Positions 37,365 to 47,274 of a stretch of 57,384 nt of DNA are shown here, piece after piece. Source of the stretch: a virus. Lineage: Duplodnaviria > Caudoviricetes. Position 1 is the first letter of the stretch; the number at the start of each line of letters is the position of its first letter. The notes under the pieces were generated by a model. It saw nothing but the letters and a program-made list of their open reading frames with translations. It made no database searches and was not told where the DNA came from. The stretch covers positions 1-57,384 of IMG/VR virus record IMGVR_UViG_3300049596_000539; one strand, given 5' to 3'. The position numbers were made by a program, and so were the translations under genes.

Positions 37365-38939
37365 ATGCCCGCTGTGGACTGGGACAAGGCTACATACGAG
37401 GCCCTGCAAGAGGACACGCCCCGTTCTGTGGCTATTCTCAGCGACCAGCACATTGCTCGTTTGGAGACGCTGGAGAGTGAAAACTTCTCTTTGCGTGAGA
37501 GCCTTGACGAAGTTCGGATGCAATTCGCCCTGGAGGACAACGGCTGGCAGTTGATTTCGGCATTTGCCCAAGGCGAGCACCTTGAGGGACTTGACCTTGA
37601 CGAACTGAAAGAGATTTCTGAGAAGATCCGGCCGCATGTCGTAGGCGATGCTCTTCCCGCTCGCGGAGCCTCCCTCCACGCTGGATATGTCTGGAGCAAG
37701 GGCCTAAACATTGAGGGTGTGAAGGATTCGGGGGGAGCGGGGCGTAAGTCGGAACTAATCCGGTTCTATCAGAACGTCGTGAACCAGGAAAACCTTTTCT
37801 CGGCACTTGCTCACGAAGAGTTGCAGAGGGGTCGCTTCGCAGACGGCAATATCTTCATTGCGTGCGATAAGAGTACAAAGACCGCCCGCGTCATTCCGCT
37901 GAATCAGATCACGGCTCTTCGCGTTAACCCGGACCACCCCTCCGAAGTTTGGATGTATCAGCGCACCTGGGACCCGAAGGTTGATGAGAAGGGGCCGCGT
38001 GTTGTCTGGTATTACACGAATAGGTTCTCGGGCACAAAACGTAAGTCAGTTACGGTAAACGGCAAAACGCAGCCGATTGACCAGGATGTAACGCTTATCG
38101 ACCGGAAGTTTAACCGAGTACCCGGCTTCGTTCTCGGCCTCCCGGATGCAACAGCGGGCATGATTTGGGCGAGTGCTTACACCGAGATCCTTCAGTACGG
38201 CAAGGTCGTTAACGAATCCCTCGCGAAGATTCTGTTCAAGGTGGTTTCTAAGAAACCGGCGGGTGCGGCGTCAGCGGGCGTTAAGATCGCGGGTATGTCC
38301 GGCCACGGGAATGCGGCTACGATGACCGAAGGACAAGACCTTCAAGCGGTTTCTACGGCGGGTCGCGGTTACGACTTTGTTTCACCCCGACCAGTCGCAG
38401 CAATGGCGGCGGCGGCGTGGAACGTGTCCAACATGGACCTTCTCAACGACTCCTCCGCGGCTGGAAGTTCGTACGGAAGCGCTAATGCCCTGGCCCCCGC
38501 GAACAAGAACGCCATGCGCCTTATGCAGCGTGAATGGATTTCGCTCTTCGAAGAGATTTTCGATTTCTTCTCTCTTGGGCGACCCCGCATTTGGTTCGAG
38601 GAACTGGATGAGGTTGACCAGTATCGGGCCGCTCAGGGTCTTACGCTCCTCTCTCCCACGCTTTCGGACGAAGAGTACCGCTCGAAGGCTCTGGATCTTC
38701 TGGATATCCCGGGCGACCCGGGTAAGACACCCCCGACTCTCGTAGCACGCACTCAAGGAGCACAGCAAGCCGCATCGCCAGATCAGGGTCAGTCAAATGG
38801 CACGGGGGGTTCTGATTCGGGATCTCGGAATGATCTTCGTACCGACAATATCGAATCTGTCCGTGTTGCGATGGAGAATGAGAATTTCTTGGCTCGGTAC
38901 GAAGAATTAGTGATCCGGGCGGAAAACGCGAGTCGGTAA
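37365..38939 (+). CDS. Portal protein
   Basis: 524 aa directly after TerL; ED.GW and DGN.F features; synteny. Confidence 0.8.
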   Translation: MPAVDWDKATYEALQEDTPRSVAILSDQHIARLETLESENFSLRESLDEVRMQFALEDNGWQLISAFAQGEHLEGLDLDELKEISEKIRPHVVGDALPARGASLHAGYVWSKGLNIEGVKDSGGAGRKSELIRFYQNVVNQENLFSALAHEELQRGRFADGNIFIACDKSTKTARVIPLNQITALRVNPDHPSEVWMYQRTWDPKVDEKGPRVVWYYTNRFSGTKRKSVTVNGKTQPIDQDVTLIDRKFNRVPGFVLGLPDATAGMIWASAYTEILQYGKVVNESLAKILFKVVSKKPAGAASAGVKIAGMSGHGNAATMTEGQDLQAVSTAGRGYDFVSPRPVAAMAAAAWNVSNMDLLNDSSAAGSSYGSANALAPANKNAMRLMQREWISLFEEIFDFFSLGRPRIWFEELDEVDQYRAAQGLTLLSPTLSDEEYRSKALDLLDIPGDPGKTPPTLVARTQGAQQAASPDQGQSNGTGGSDSGSRNDLRTDNIESVRVAMENENFLARYEELVIRAENASR

Positions 38940-38981
38940 TTTAGAACGTTTATTCTTCCCCGTGATAAACTGGATATCAGG

Positions 38982-39872
38982 ATGACCACTAAACTTCTCA
39001 CTGAATCCACGGCGGTTCCCACTAAGGCGGGTAATGGCCGGTGGAAGAGCGTTCTTATCACCCCTGGAGTCGGTTCCAGCGGTACTTATTCGGAGTCGGT
39101 TCTTAAGGAATACGGCCCGGTTGCCCTTCGTAAGGGTGCGAAGTCTTTTGTGACGCATAACCGCACGGAGAACGGCGAGCCCGATCCTTTCGCTATGTGG
39201 GGATTTCTCGCAGAGGATTCCTACTACGAAGAGGGCGTGGGTCTCGTTGGACTTATTGAAGTCCTCCCGTCTTGGCGCGAAAAGGTTGAGGAAGTTGCAC
39301 CTCACGTAGCTCTATCTGTTTATGTGGCCGGTGAACTCGATGAAGAGGGAAACGTCACCAAGTTTGTAGAAGATGTTCAGAACGGGGTCGATATGGTTTC
39401 GTACCCCGGAAGGCCAGGAAGTTCTCTCGTAGAGCAGATGGTTGAAAGCGCAGCCCAGATGGCGCGTGAATCTGGAGAGCCAACAGTCACCTCGGCTGTG
39501 GAGAAAGAAACGGAAATCAAAATGGAAAAGGACGTTGAGGAGCGGTTTGCCGCTCTTGAGGCGCTTCTGACCCGTTTGGTAACCAAGGAGAACGCCGCTC
39601 AGGCAGAGGCCATGCAGGCCGAGGCTGATGAAAAGGTTGTCGAGGCGCGAGTCAGTGCCTACGATGCCGCGGTGGACGCGATTGAGGCAGCAGAGCTTCC
39701 GGTTGACGCCGCGAAGACCCTGCGGGCCGAGGCGCGTAAGGGTGTCGATGTGACGCCTCTCATTGAGTTTGCCAAGACGGTTAAGACTGCCGCTCTTACC
39801 GAATCCTCGAACGGACGCCTCTTCGGCGCTTCGGGAGACGAGGACTGGACTGTTACGGGGGTGCGTGTCTGA
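38982..39872 (+). CDS. Capsid maturation protease/scaffold
   Basis: G.GSSG.Y, H, LSV, VDMV..PG.PG motifs; helical acidic C-terminus. Confidence 0.75.
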   Translation: MTTKLLTESTAVPTKAGNGRWKSVLITPGVGSSGTYSESVLKEYGPVALRKGAKSFVTHNRTENGEPDPFAMWGFLAEDSYYEEGVGLVGLIEVLPSWREKVEEVAPHVALSVYVAGELDEEGNVTKFVEDVQNGVDMVSYPGRPGSSLVEQMVESAAQMARESGEPTVTSAVEKETEIKMEKDVEERFAALEALLTRLVTKENAAQAEAMQAEADEKVVEARVSAYDAAVDAIEAAELPVDAAKTLRAEARKGVDVTPLIEFAKTVKTAALTESSNGRLFGASGDEDWTVTGVRV

Positions 39873-40312
39873 TGGCCGAGAACATGGTGCTCAAATATTC
39901 CCGTACCGAGGTGTGGCCGGTTGTTGACGGTACGCTCAGCGGCGCAGCAGTTGTTTCTACGGCGGCTTCAGGGCATCAGCCGGGCGTTGCCCTCGTCTCT
40001 GAAGGCGGCGCAACGAAGTCGGAGACTGTCGGACCCTACACGATCAGCGGAATTCCCGCTGGCGGCGTTGGCCTCCCCGACAACTACGCGACGGTTGCTA
40101 TCGACGGAGCCTTCCGGTTCCCCGTCACAGGCGCTTCGTCTTCGACCGCTGTCAACACCCCGGTTTACGCAGTGCTCTCCTCGGACACTGTTGCAAGCCT
40201 CACCCTCACCGCTAGCACGAACCCTCCGTTCGGAAAGATCCACCGTCACATCGGTGAGACCTCTTCGACTGAGTGCTCCGTGATTATCGGTGACTTCGTG
40301 GATGCGACCTGA
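39872..40312 (+). CDS. Capsid decoration/cement protein (putative)
   Basis: Small Gly/Ala/Val beta protein between scaffold and capsid. Confidence 0.55.
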   Translation: MAENMVLKYSRTEVWPVVDGTLSGAAVVSTAASGHQPGVALVSEGGATKSETVGPYTISGIPAGGVGLPDNYATVAIDGAFRFPVTGASSSTAVNTPVYAVLSSDTVASLTLTASTNPPFGKIHRHIGETSSTECSVIIGDFVDAT

Positions 40313-41463
40313 TGATGGACGACAAGATGATTGAATACAAGGACCCGTTCACCGCGGACAACCGCCTGAAGCCGGGTGCTCATGTCACCAAGGCTAAGGT
40401 TGCCAAGGTCAAGTCGCTCATGGAAGCCGCACTGCGCGGTGACCGTGTTGCGAACGCTACGCTCGCTGAGACCATCTCCACCTCGGATGCGGTCTGGAAT
40501 GCGGCGTACCTCACGAACCTCCAGGTTCTGCCCCAGTTCGACCGTCTGCCCCGTACGTGGAGCCAGATTGCCGGGGTTCGGACCCTTCCCGACTTCCGCC
40601 CCGCGGTCCTTACCGGCCTGTTTGGCGAGTTCGAGGGTCTTGAGCGTCAGGGCATCGCGGGTCTGAACAACCCCGAGGGCATCGCGCCGATTGTTCCGGA
40701 ACTCTCGGAGTACCCCTACGCGACGGTTGGCTCGGTTGAGTCGGCTTACGGTCGTCTGGCTAAGCGAGGGTTCGGCGTGGCGTGGTCATGGGAAGCGCAG
40801 GTCAACGACAATGCCGCTGACTTCTTCTCGCAGATCCCGGGCGAAATGATCCAGACGATGCTCGACACGGAAGAGTGGGAAGTCTACTCGGCTCTCATCA
40901 ACGGTGTCGGTGCTGGTCAGCAGCTTGACGGCGGCACGACCTATACGGGTGCCACTGTTCCCGCTAACGCTCCGATCAGCAAGGACGCCATTGTTCAGGC
41001 GATCTTCGAGCTTTCGCAGCGTACGGTCAACGGTCGCCTCGTGGGTCGTTCGTCCAACGGCGTGAACATCATCGTCCCGGTTGGTACCGGACCCGCGGTG
41101 GAGTTCCTGCTTAGCCAGGCCATCATCGAGATCCAGGACGGCTCGTTCGTTCTCTCGGCGCAGGAGCTTGGTCTGGGCACGGTTACTGTTATCGAGTCGG
41201 AGTACGTTACCGGCACGAACTGGTACCTCCTCCCGAAGCCCGGTGGAGTTCGTCGCCCGGTGCTTGAGCTTGGTCGTCTGCGCGGTCACGAGGCTCCCCA
41301 GCTTCGGGTCAAGGCAAACGCCCAGCCGGTCAACGGTTCGAGCGTCCTCCACCCGTTCGCCTCCTATGAGGTTGACGACATTTCGATGGAAATTCGCTAT
41401 CCTCTCGCGGGTTTGCTCTGGTTTGCAAACTTCGTCGTCTGGAGTACTGGAGCGGGCGCTTAA
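40312..41463 (+). CDS. Major capsid protein
   Basis: 383 aa; V.EL.EYP, KRG...SWE..VND and IIVP HK97-type pattern; strong codon bias; terminator follows. Confidence 0.85.
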   Translation: MMDDKMIEYKDPFTADNRLKPGAHVTKAKVAKVKSLMEAALRGDRVANATLAETISTSDAVWNAAYLTNLQVLPQFDRLPRTWSQIAGVRTLPDFRPAVLTGLFGEFEGLERQGIAGLNNPEGIAPIVPELSEYPYATVGSVESAYGRLAKRGFGVAWSWEAQVNDNAADFFSQIPGEMIQTMLDTEEWEVYSALINGVGAGQQLDGGTTYTGATVPANAPISKDAIVQAIFELSQRTVNGRLVGRSSNGVNIIVPVGTGPAVEFLLSQAIIEIQDGSFVLSAQELGLGTVTVIESEYVTGTNWYLLPKPGGVRRPVLELGRLRGHEAPQLRVKANAQPVNGSSVLHPFASYEVDDISMEIRYPLAGLLWFANFVVWSTGAGA

Positions 41464-41482
41464 CTCTAAGCCCCTTTTCCAA

Positions 41483-41516
41483 CAGAAGCCCTCGCTCACA
41501 AGGCGGGGGTTTTCTG
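41483..41516 (+). terminator. Intrinsic terminator after capsid
   Basis: AGAAGCCCTCGCT/GGCGGGGGTTTTCT hairpin. Confidence 0.65.
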
Positions 41517-41575
41517 CGTCTAAGGTGTGATAGGCTTAGGTGAATTGAAGTTTCGGTTGAATCGAGGGGTTCCGC

Positions 41576-42250
41576 ATGGCGATTGTTTACGGGCTGAGTT
41601 GCATCTGCCACCCCGAGGCCGGTGTGCGCTATGTTGGGCAGACGGCACAGGAGTTGAATGTCCGGTTGACAAACCATAGGTGCCACGCTCGATTCGGAAC
41701 TAAAACCCCGGTCTACCATTGGATTCGAAAGCACGCCCCGAACAATATCAAGGCGGAGGTGCTGGAGGAAGCGGCTCTTGAAGACTTGGATGAGGCAGAG
41801 CGGAGGGTGATTGCCCGATACGGGCTCGACAGCCTCTTGAACATCTCCGTGGGCGGAGTGGACGGAACTACGCTTGGAAGAAAGCGACCTGAGTTTTCGG
41901 AACAGATTAGGGGTGATGGACACCCGTCAAAAGTTCTGAGCGGAGAAGTTGTTGCGGAACTTCGTAAGATCTACACGGGGGCTCGCGGGGAAATCTCGGA
42001 ACTAGCTGAAAAGTATGGAACCTCGTTAACAACAATCTCGGATGCTATATCAGGTAAAACGTGGTCTCACCTTCCACTCGGGGTAGAACGGCCCAAGAAA
42101 CGTGTGCGTCTGGTTGCCGAGGACGTTCGTAATATCCGGGAGCGTCACACCGCCGGAGAAAGACTCCCGGACCTGGCGATTGAGTATTCTCTTACCCTAA
42201 CCAATATGTACTTCATTGTTAACCGGAAAACCTGGAAGAACGTCGAGTAA
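41576..42250 (+). CDS. GIY-YIG homing endonuclease
   Basis: IVYGL...VRYVGQT...RL..H, E...I, LLN...GG.G; C-terminal HTH repeats. Confidence 0.85.
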   Translation: MAIVYGLSCICHPEAGVRYVGQTAQELNVRLTNHRCHARFGTKTPVYHWIRKHAPNNIKAEVLEEAALEDLDEAERRVIARYGLDSLLNISVGGVDGTTLGRKRPEFSEQIRGDGHPSKVLSGEVVAELRKIYTGARGEISELAEKYGTSLTTISDAISGKTWSHLPLGVERPKKRVRLVAEDVRNIRERHTAGERLPDLAIEYSLTLTNMYFIVNRKTWKNVE

Positions 42251-42295
42251 CTGATAAGATTGATAGTAAGCATGCTCACCTAGATCGGAGCCCCA

Positions 42296-42511
42296 ATGGT
42301 TTCCCCCAAGCCCATCACCCTCGTTAGCGGAGACGCAGCAGACTTCCAGGCCGACGCACAACCCTTCGCAGTAATCGGGTCCGTCCCAGTCGCAGCAGGA
42401 GACGTTACAGCCCTCACCGCAGTCCCTGCCTCTTTCGCGGACCTTGCAGCCGTTCGCACGTACCTGAACACGTTGGTCACCGAGCTTAAGTCCTCCGACT
42501 ACTTCTCGTAA
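42296..42511 (+). CDS. Small structural (head fibre-like) protein
   Basis: Ala-rich, ending in LN.L..ELK helix; promoter at 42252. Confidence 0.5.
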   Translation: MVSPKPITLVSGDAADFQADAQPFAVIGSVPVAAGDVTALTAVPASFADLAAVRTYLNTLVTELKSSDYFS

Positions 42512-42560
42512 GCCGTAAGTTACGGGGCTCATCCGCATGCATAGTCAAAGGATCTTCTGA

Positions 42561-44021
42561 GTGGTTTCCATCACAGTCCCCACGCGAGGCCAAGAGCCTT
42601 ATGACGTGACGTTGAATACCGCTCTGAACACGTTGGCTGCGGCAATTCCAGCGGACATCGTAACGGACGCCGCCCTTGACACCTCGGTTACGTCGCTGAT
42701 TGAGGATCCCGCGTCTGATGCGGCTGTGGCCCTTAATGCCACTATTGGTGTGGCTGTCGAGCCCCTCGCCCCCCGCGTGACCGACGCGGCTGTGAACCCT
42801 TTCGCCGTGACGCTCTGGACGAGTACCAGCGTTCAGTGCATCGGGTACTCGCCCGAGGACGGGCGGATGTTCTACGTCGGTTCTGATCTCTATGCGTCGG
42901 ATGATTTCGGGGCCACGTTTAGCCCAGCTAAGGGCCTTCCGGCCTCCGGTGGAACCGTCCTGAAAATCGTCCGGTTCAACGGGTACAACTTCGCAATCAC
43001 GGCTCAGGGGAAGGTGTGGCGATCGCCTCTCACCACGCGCGACGCGGCATTCACGTGGACCGACACGGGCCTGACGATGACGAGCGGATCGGCGGGATTC
43101 CCGACCGCGTTTTTCGCCGACACGGTTGGCGGCTATCTCTACGCGGGCGAGTACGCCGACCCCACGGGACAGCGGCCCAAGCTGTGGCGAGTGAGTGCCG
43201 CGTCCGCGGTCAGCGGCGGTCCGACATGGGAAGTCTCCTGGCAGCCGGGATTCAACACCCGCCACCATCACTCAGTCGCGCGCGATCCGTTCGCTGAGGA
43301 CACCCTGTATCTCTGTGGTGGGGACGGCCAGGGGTACGCGATCATGCGCTCTGTCGATAACGGGGCAACGTGGTCGGAAGTGCAAGCATCGGCCAACTAT
43401 CAGGCCGTGCAGATCAGCTTCGATGAGAAATGGGTGTACTTCGCATGTGACGGGCCATTCGCAACCGTGCTCGTTATGGACCGCGAGACCCTCGCATTCC
43501 AGTCTATGTCTTCCGACTGGCACGCCCTCACTCCGGTCCCGTTCCCGACGCGCACACCGCGTGTCGTGACCGACGCTGTATTCACAGGCGGGCAGACGAC
43601 CTTCACGTCTGCCACGGCGGCATTTACTGCTGACGACGTGGGTCGGCAGATCGGCGGACTTCCGACCAGTCAAGCCGTTCAGCCGAACGCCTACATCCAG
43701 TCGGTAACGAACGGGACGACGGCAGTCATGAGCGCCTTCCCCCGATACTCCGCGTCCGGTCAGACGGTGGGCATCCGCGGCGACGCCTTTTATCGGAGGG
43801 CCCTCTACGGGGCTGTGGACCCTGCCACGGGTGTCTATTACTGCGTGGCGAACGACACGACGGGCGGCGGAACGACGTACGGGCTATTCGCCATCCCGTA
43901 CGTCGGCGGGCCGTGCATCCTGCTCGACGCGATGGCAATTCGCGGTCCGGGCCAGATGTACATCGCGGGCGGTTATCTGCACTTCCATCAGCACCGACGC
44001 CCGCTCATGGCCCCCGCCTGA
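42561..44021 (+). CDS. Asp-box/BNR beta-propeller protein (sialidase-like fold)
   Basis: SDDFGATF and SVDNGATW Asp boxes, YAGEY, HHHSV..DP. Confidence 0.65.
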   Translation: MVSITVPTRGQEPYDVTLNTALNTLAAAIPADIVTDAALDTSVTSLIEDPASDAAVALNATIGVAVEPLAPRVTDAAVNPFAVTLWTSTSVQCIGYSPEDGRMFYVGSDLYASDDFGATFSPAKGLPASGGTVLKIVRFNGYNFAITAQGKVWRSPLTTRDAAFTWTDTGLTMTSGSAGFPTAFFADTVGGYLYAGEYADPTGQRPKLWRVSAASAVSGGPTWEVSWQPGFNTRHHHSVARDPFAEDTLYLCGGDGQGYAIMRSVDNGATWSEVQASANYQAVQISFDEKWVYFACDGPFATVLVMDRETLAFQSMSSDWHALTPVPFPTRTPRVVTDAVFTGGQTTFTSATAAFTADDVGRQIGGLPTSQAVQPNAYIQSVTNGTTAVMSAFPRYSASGQTVGIRGDAFYRRALYGAVDPATGVYYCVANDTTGGGTTYGLFAIPYVGGPCILLDAMAIRGPGQMYIAGGYLHFHQHRRPLMAPA

Positions 44022-44069
44022 CCCACCGCTTTAGAACACACTTTGGGCCTGTTGCGCTAAACTGGAGTA

Positions 44070-45737
44070 ATGGGAATCCACGAGGACGCAGAAGCCGCAC
44101 GACGTAAAATCTATGACGATGCTTTTGCCGAGGAGACGCGCCGGGCGGACGAAGCGGAAGTAGTTGCGGATACTCGTCAGGCGGAGATTTCACGTCTGAC
44201 CGCAGAGCGAAACGCCCTTACCGCATCCCTTGCGAGTCAAGGCGTAGAACTCAGTACAGCCCGCACGAAGATCGCGGAGCTTGAAGAGCGCATTGCAGAA
44301 CTAAAAGCAAACCCCGTCCCCGCCGCAGAGCCAAGCGCAGGGCTCCCCTTCTTTGCCGATCCCGGAGAACTAACAACGTCGGAACGTAAGTGGCTGGATC
44401 ACTATTTCCCGCTCTTCCCTCCCAGCATTGAAAATGGCAACCCCGCAACCGACTACTACGCTCGGAATTGGTTGACCCGAGATGGGGAGGGCGGTATTCA
44501 CGCTTCTACCGGCGGACGTTTGCGGGATCGACCCCTAACGAACGCACCATATGCGGGAGACTGGAGACGTGCCGCTGCGGCAGAGGAAATCCGGAGTGCT
44601 CAGAAGTATCTCCGCGACGGGTTCTTCGTAAACCTCATGTCCACGGCAACGAGTCATTCGAACTTCTATAACGCGCTCCGGGACGGAGCCAACGCGAACT
44701 TCCCCGGCTTTCTCGTTGTGCCGATGATTGATACGAACGGTTCTATTGCAAACGTCTCTAACCCGACCGCGATGCCTACGACGACTCTTGTCAACACCGT
44801 AGCCTCATTTCTTCGAACACGGAACACCTGGGATCTCCCGGACGGCTCGGTTGTCGTAGGGTCCTATAAGGCGAACGGTCGTACGGGTGCGTGGTGGGCG
44901 GACCTGGCCGGAAAACTTAAGACGGCGACGGGCAAGACCGTAACCTTCATCCACGTCTACAACAACTCTCCTTCAGTTTCCGACATTCAGTCCCGCCCCG
45001 CGTACGCATCCGGAGCCTGGAGCGTTGGTACCGACCCCGCCGTTATCAAAGCGTCAGGCAGCGCATCTACCTACAAGGCGGCAGGGCGTTTCCTGTTCGG
45101 TGTCCAACCTCAGAACATCCGCCCCGGCACAGGGTACGGCCCGTGGTTTGATGAAGCCAACAATACCGAGGCGCTCCGAGCAGGACTTGCGAAAGCCATT
45201 AGCGACGGTGCGGACGTAGTGCAGGGCGTGACGTGGAATGACCTGACTGAAGGTGGGCATTTCGTGCCGTCCGTTATGCGGGGAACCGCCGCGTTGGAAA
45301 TCAGCGCCGCGGGAATCTACGAGTGGAAGACGGGGCAAAAGCCTGAAATCCTCCGGGACCACCTCATTGTTTCTTACCGCAACCAACTCTTGAACGCAAG
45401 CATCAACCCCGATCAACAGATTCTCATGAATCAGAACACGTCCCGCGGTAACCGCTCACCTGTCCGTGAGAAGGTGGAGATCCTCACTTACCTGACGAAG
45501 CCCGATACGGTAACCGTCACAGTAGGCGGAATTGTCACCACGTACGATGCGCCTGCCGGGGAATTCCAGAAACTTGTGGATGTCCGCCCGGGTAAGGTTA
45601 CTGTCCGCACAGGACGCGGTGAGAGCGTCGATTCTCCTATTCAGATTAGATCCGTTTCCGGTAATCAGGACCGACAGTATGTGATGCTTTCGAACATAGG
45701 ACCCACGGACAAGCAATACGACCCCACACCGACTTGA
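44070..45737 (+). CDS. Glycoside hydrolase, GH71-like (alpha-glucanase)
   Basis: HYFP, EI..AQ...DGF.VN and VQ.VTWND..EG motifs; N-terminal coiled coil. Confidence 0.7.
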   Translation: MGIHEDAEAARRKIYDDAFAEETRRADEAEVVADTRQAEISRLTAERNALTASLASQGVELSTARTKIAELEERIAELKANPVPAAEPSAGLPFFADPGELTTSERKWLDHYFPLFPPSIENGNPATDYYARNWLTRDGEGGIHASTGGRLRDRPLTNAPYAGDWRRAAAAEEIRSAQKYLRDGFFVNLMSTATSHSNFYNALRDGANANFPGFLVVPMIDTNGSIANVSNPTAMPTTTLVNTVASFLRTRNTWDLPDGSVVVGSYKANGRTGAWWADLAGKLKTATGKTVTFIHVYNNSPSVSDIQSRPAYASGAWSVGTDPAVIKASGSASTYKAAGRFLFGVQPQNIRPGTGYGPWFDEANNTEALRAGLAKAISDGADVVQGVTWNDLTEGGHFVPSVMRGTAALEISAAGIYEWKTGQKPEILRDHLIVSYRNQLLNASINPDQQILMNQNTSRGNRSPVREKVEILTYLTKPDTVTVTVGGIVTTYDAPAGEFQKLVDVRPGKVTVRTGRGESVDSPIQIRSVSGNQDRQYVMLSNIGPTDKQYDPTPT

Positions 45738-45746
45738 AGGAGTGAT

Positions 45747-47117
45747 ATGACCTACCTTGAAGATATTCAAGCCATCGTAGAAAACTACGTCTCATCCCAG
45801 ACCGACCCGCTTAACGATGAGATCGAAACGCTGAAGGCCCGTATCGCGGAGCTTGAATCTACCCCCGAGCCGGAACCCGATCCTGAGCCCGTCCTTACTA
45901 ACCCCCAGGCACGGGTTATTTCAGATGCCGCAGTAGAGGTAAGTTGGACGGCGGTTCCAGGTGCTACCGGATACCTTGTGGGCCGGGATGCGGCAGGCGG
46001 CGAGTCTTCCGAATGGTCTACTACCGACCCGGCAGGCACTTCATCTCGCCAGTTCCGTTATCTGAAGCCCAACACGACCTACACATTCTCCGTACAGGCG
46101 CTTCCGAATGGTTCCGTTGAGACGGTTCAGGCGAAAACACAAACCGCTACTACACCCCCCGCCGATCCCGACCCTGATCCTCAGCCCGAACAGCCCCAGG
46201 ATGAAGTTCCCGGCTTGCCGATCCTGGGCATTGGAATCAACGGCGATGCAGGCCCCCAGGACGATGCTCACCTTCGAAACCTCCGTGCCCTTACGCCCGG
46301 TTCTATGTGGTACCGACAGGGTATCGGCTACACAAGCGGTAACGCATACCAAGGTGCCCGCGATCTTCTGCGGCGTCTACGGTCCTTCGACTTCAAGATT
46401 CTTCTGCGAATTTCTCTGGGCTCGAACCCCGGCAGTGTGACCGCATCCCAGTACGCCCAGCACACCCGGAACCTTGTGCAGGCGGCAAAGGATGAAGGTC
46501 TTACCCCTGAGGAAGTTGTGTTCGAGTATCACAACGAGTACAACGGTAACGATGCATCCGCAGTCCACTACGTCAACATGGCAAAGGCGGCGTACCCCGT
46601 CATTAAGTCCATCGACCCGAACTACAAGGTCATTGGCGGCTCGGAGAACGTCTACAAGTCTGGATGGCAGGCGTGGCTTGACCGCATCTACGCGCTCGGG
46701 TTCGGAGATGTCACGGACGGTCTGTCGTGGCATGACTACGCACCGCAGAGCGCCTACAGCCGAACGAACGATATGTACGCGATCCTGAAAAAGTATGGTC
46801 AGCAGAATAAGATGATCTGGATGACCGAGACAGGCGCAAGCACTCGTACAAGCGGTGGTAGCGATGGAGGCCCTAACAGCGGCGAGGGCGGCGTTTCCTA
46901 TCAGGGTCAGGCTACTCGAATCACGGGACTCCTCCGGGATCTGGGTAAGGATTGGCCGCAGATCACGCATGTAATCCTGTACGTGGATCTTGACCGCCCG
47001 AACATCGGAGCCTCCAACCCGCACGAGGCGTACTTCGGTCTCTGGGAGAACACCTCCAACTGGGTCCGGACCCCTAAGCCTGCGGTGGAAGCCATCAAGA
47101 ATCTGTACCGGGCATAG
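45747..47117 (+). CDS. FN3 domain plus clan GH-A glycoside hydrolase
   Basis: FN3 (VSWTAV.GATGY...LKPNTTYTFSVQA); EYHNEYN acid/base, SWH.Y, IWMTETG nucleophile, FGL. Confidence 0.75.
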   Translation: MTYLEDIQAIVENYVSSQTDPLNDEIETLKARIAELESTPEPEPDPEPVLTNPQARVISDAAVEVSWTAVPGATGYLVGRDAAGGESSEWSTTDPAGTSSRQFRYLKPNTTYTFSVQALPNGSVETVQAKTQTATTPPADPDPDPQPEQPQDEVPGLPILGIGINGDAGPQDDAHLRNLRALTPGSMWYRQGIGYTSGNAYQGARDLLRRLRSFDFKILLRISLGSNPGSVTASQYAQHTRNLVQAAKDEGLTPEEVVFEYHNEYNGNDASAVHYVNMAKAAYPVIKSIDPNYKVIGGSENVYKSGWQAWLDRIYALGFGDVTDGLSWHDYAPQSAYSRTNDMYAILKKYGQQNKMIWMTETGASTRTSGGSDGGPNSGEGGVSYQGQATRITGLLRDLGKDWPQITHVILYVDLDRPNIGASNPHEAYFGLWENTSNWVRTPKPAVEAIKNLYRA

Positions 47118-47131
47118 GATAAACTGGAGTT

Positions 47132-47230
47132 AAGGGCTTTCGAGCCCGCAAACGTAGCCGGGAACTCCTCCCTCTCGACTCGGCTACGGCCCCCTAGTTG
47201 TAGGCTTATGTCTCCTAGGGGGCTTTCCCT
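47132..47230 (+). ncRNA. Candidate small RNA (three hairpins)
   Basis: -10 TAAACT at 47120-47125; GGGCT-TTCG-AGCCC; GTAGCCGGG/CTCGGCTAC with CU-rich loop; terminator-like GCCCCCTAG/CTAGGGGGC-TTT. Confidence 0.45.
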
Positions 47231-47274
47231 TTGACTTCGGCTGATAAACTAGAATAGAAGACTTTAGGAGAGCA

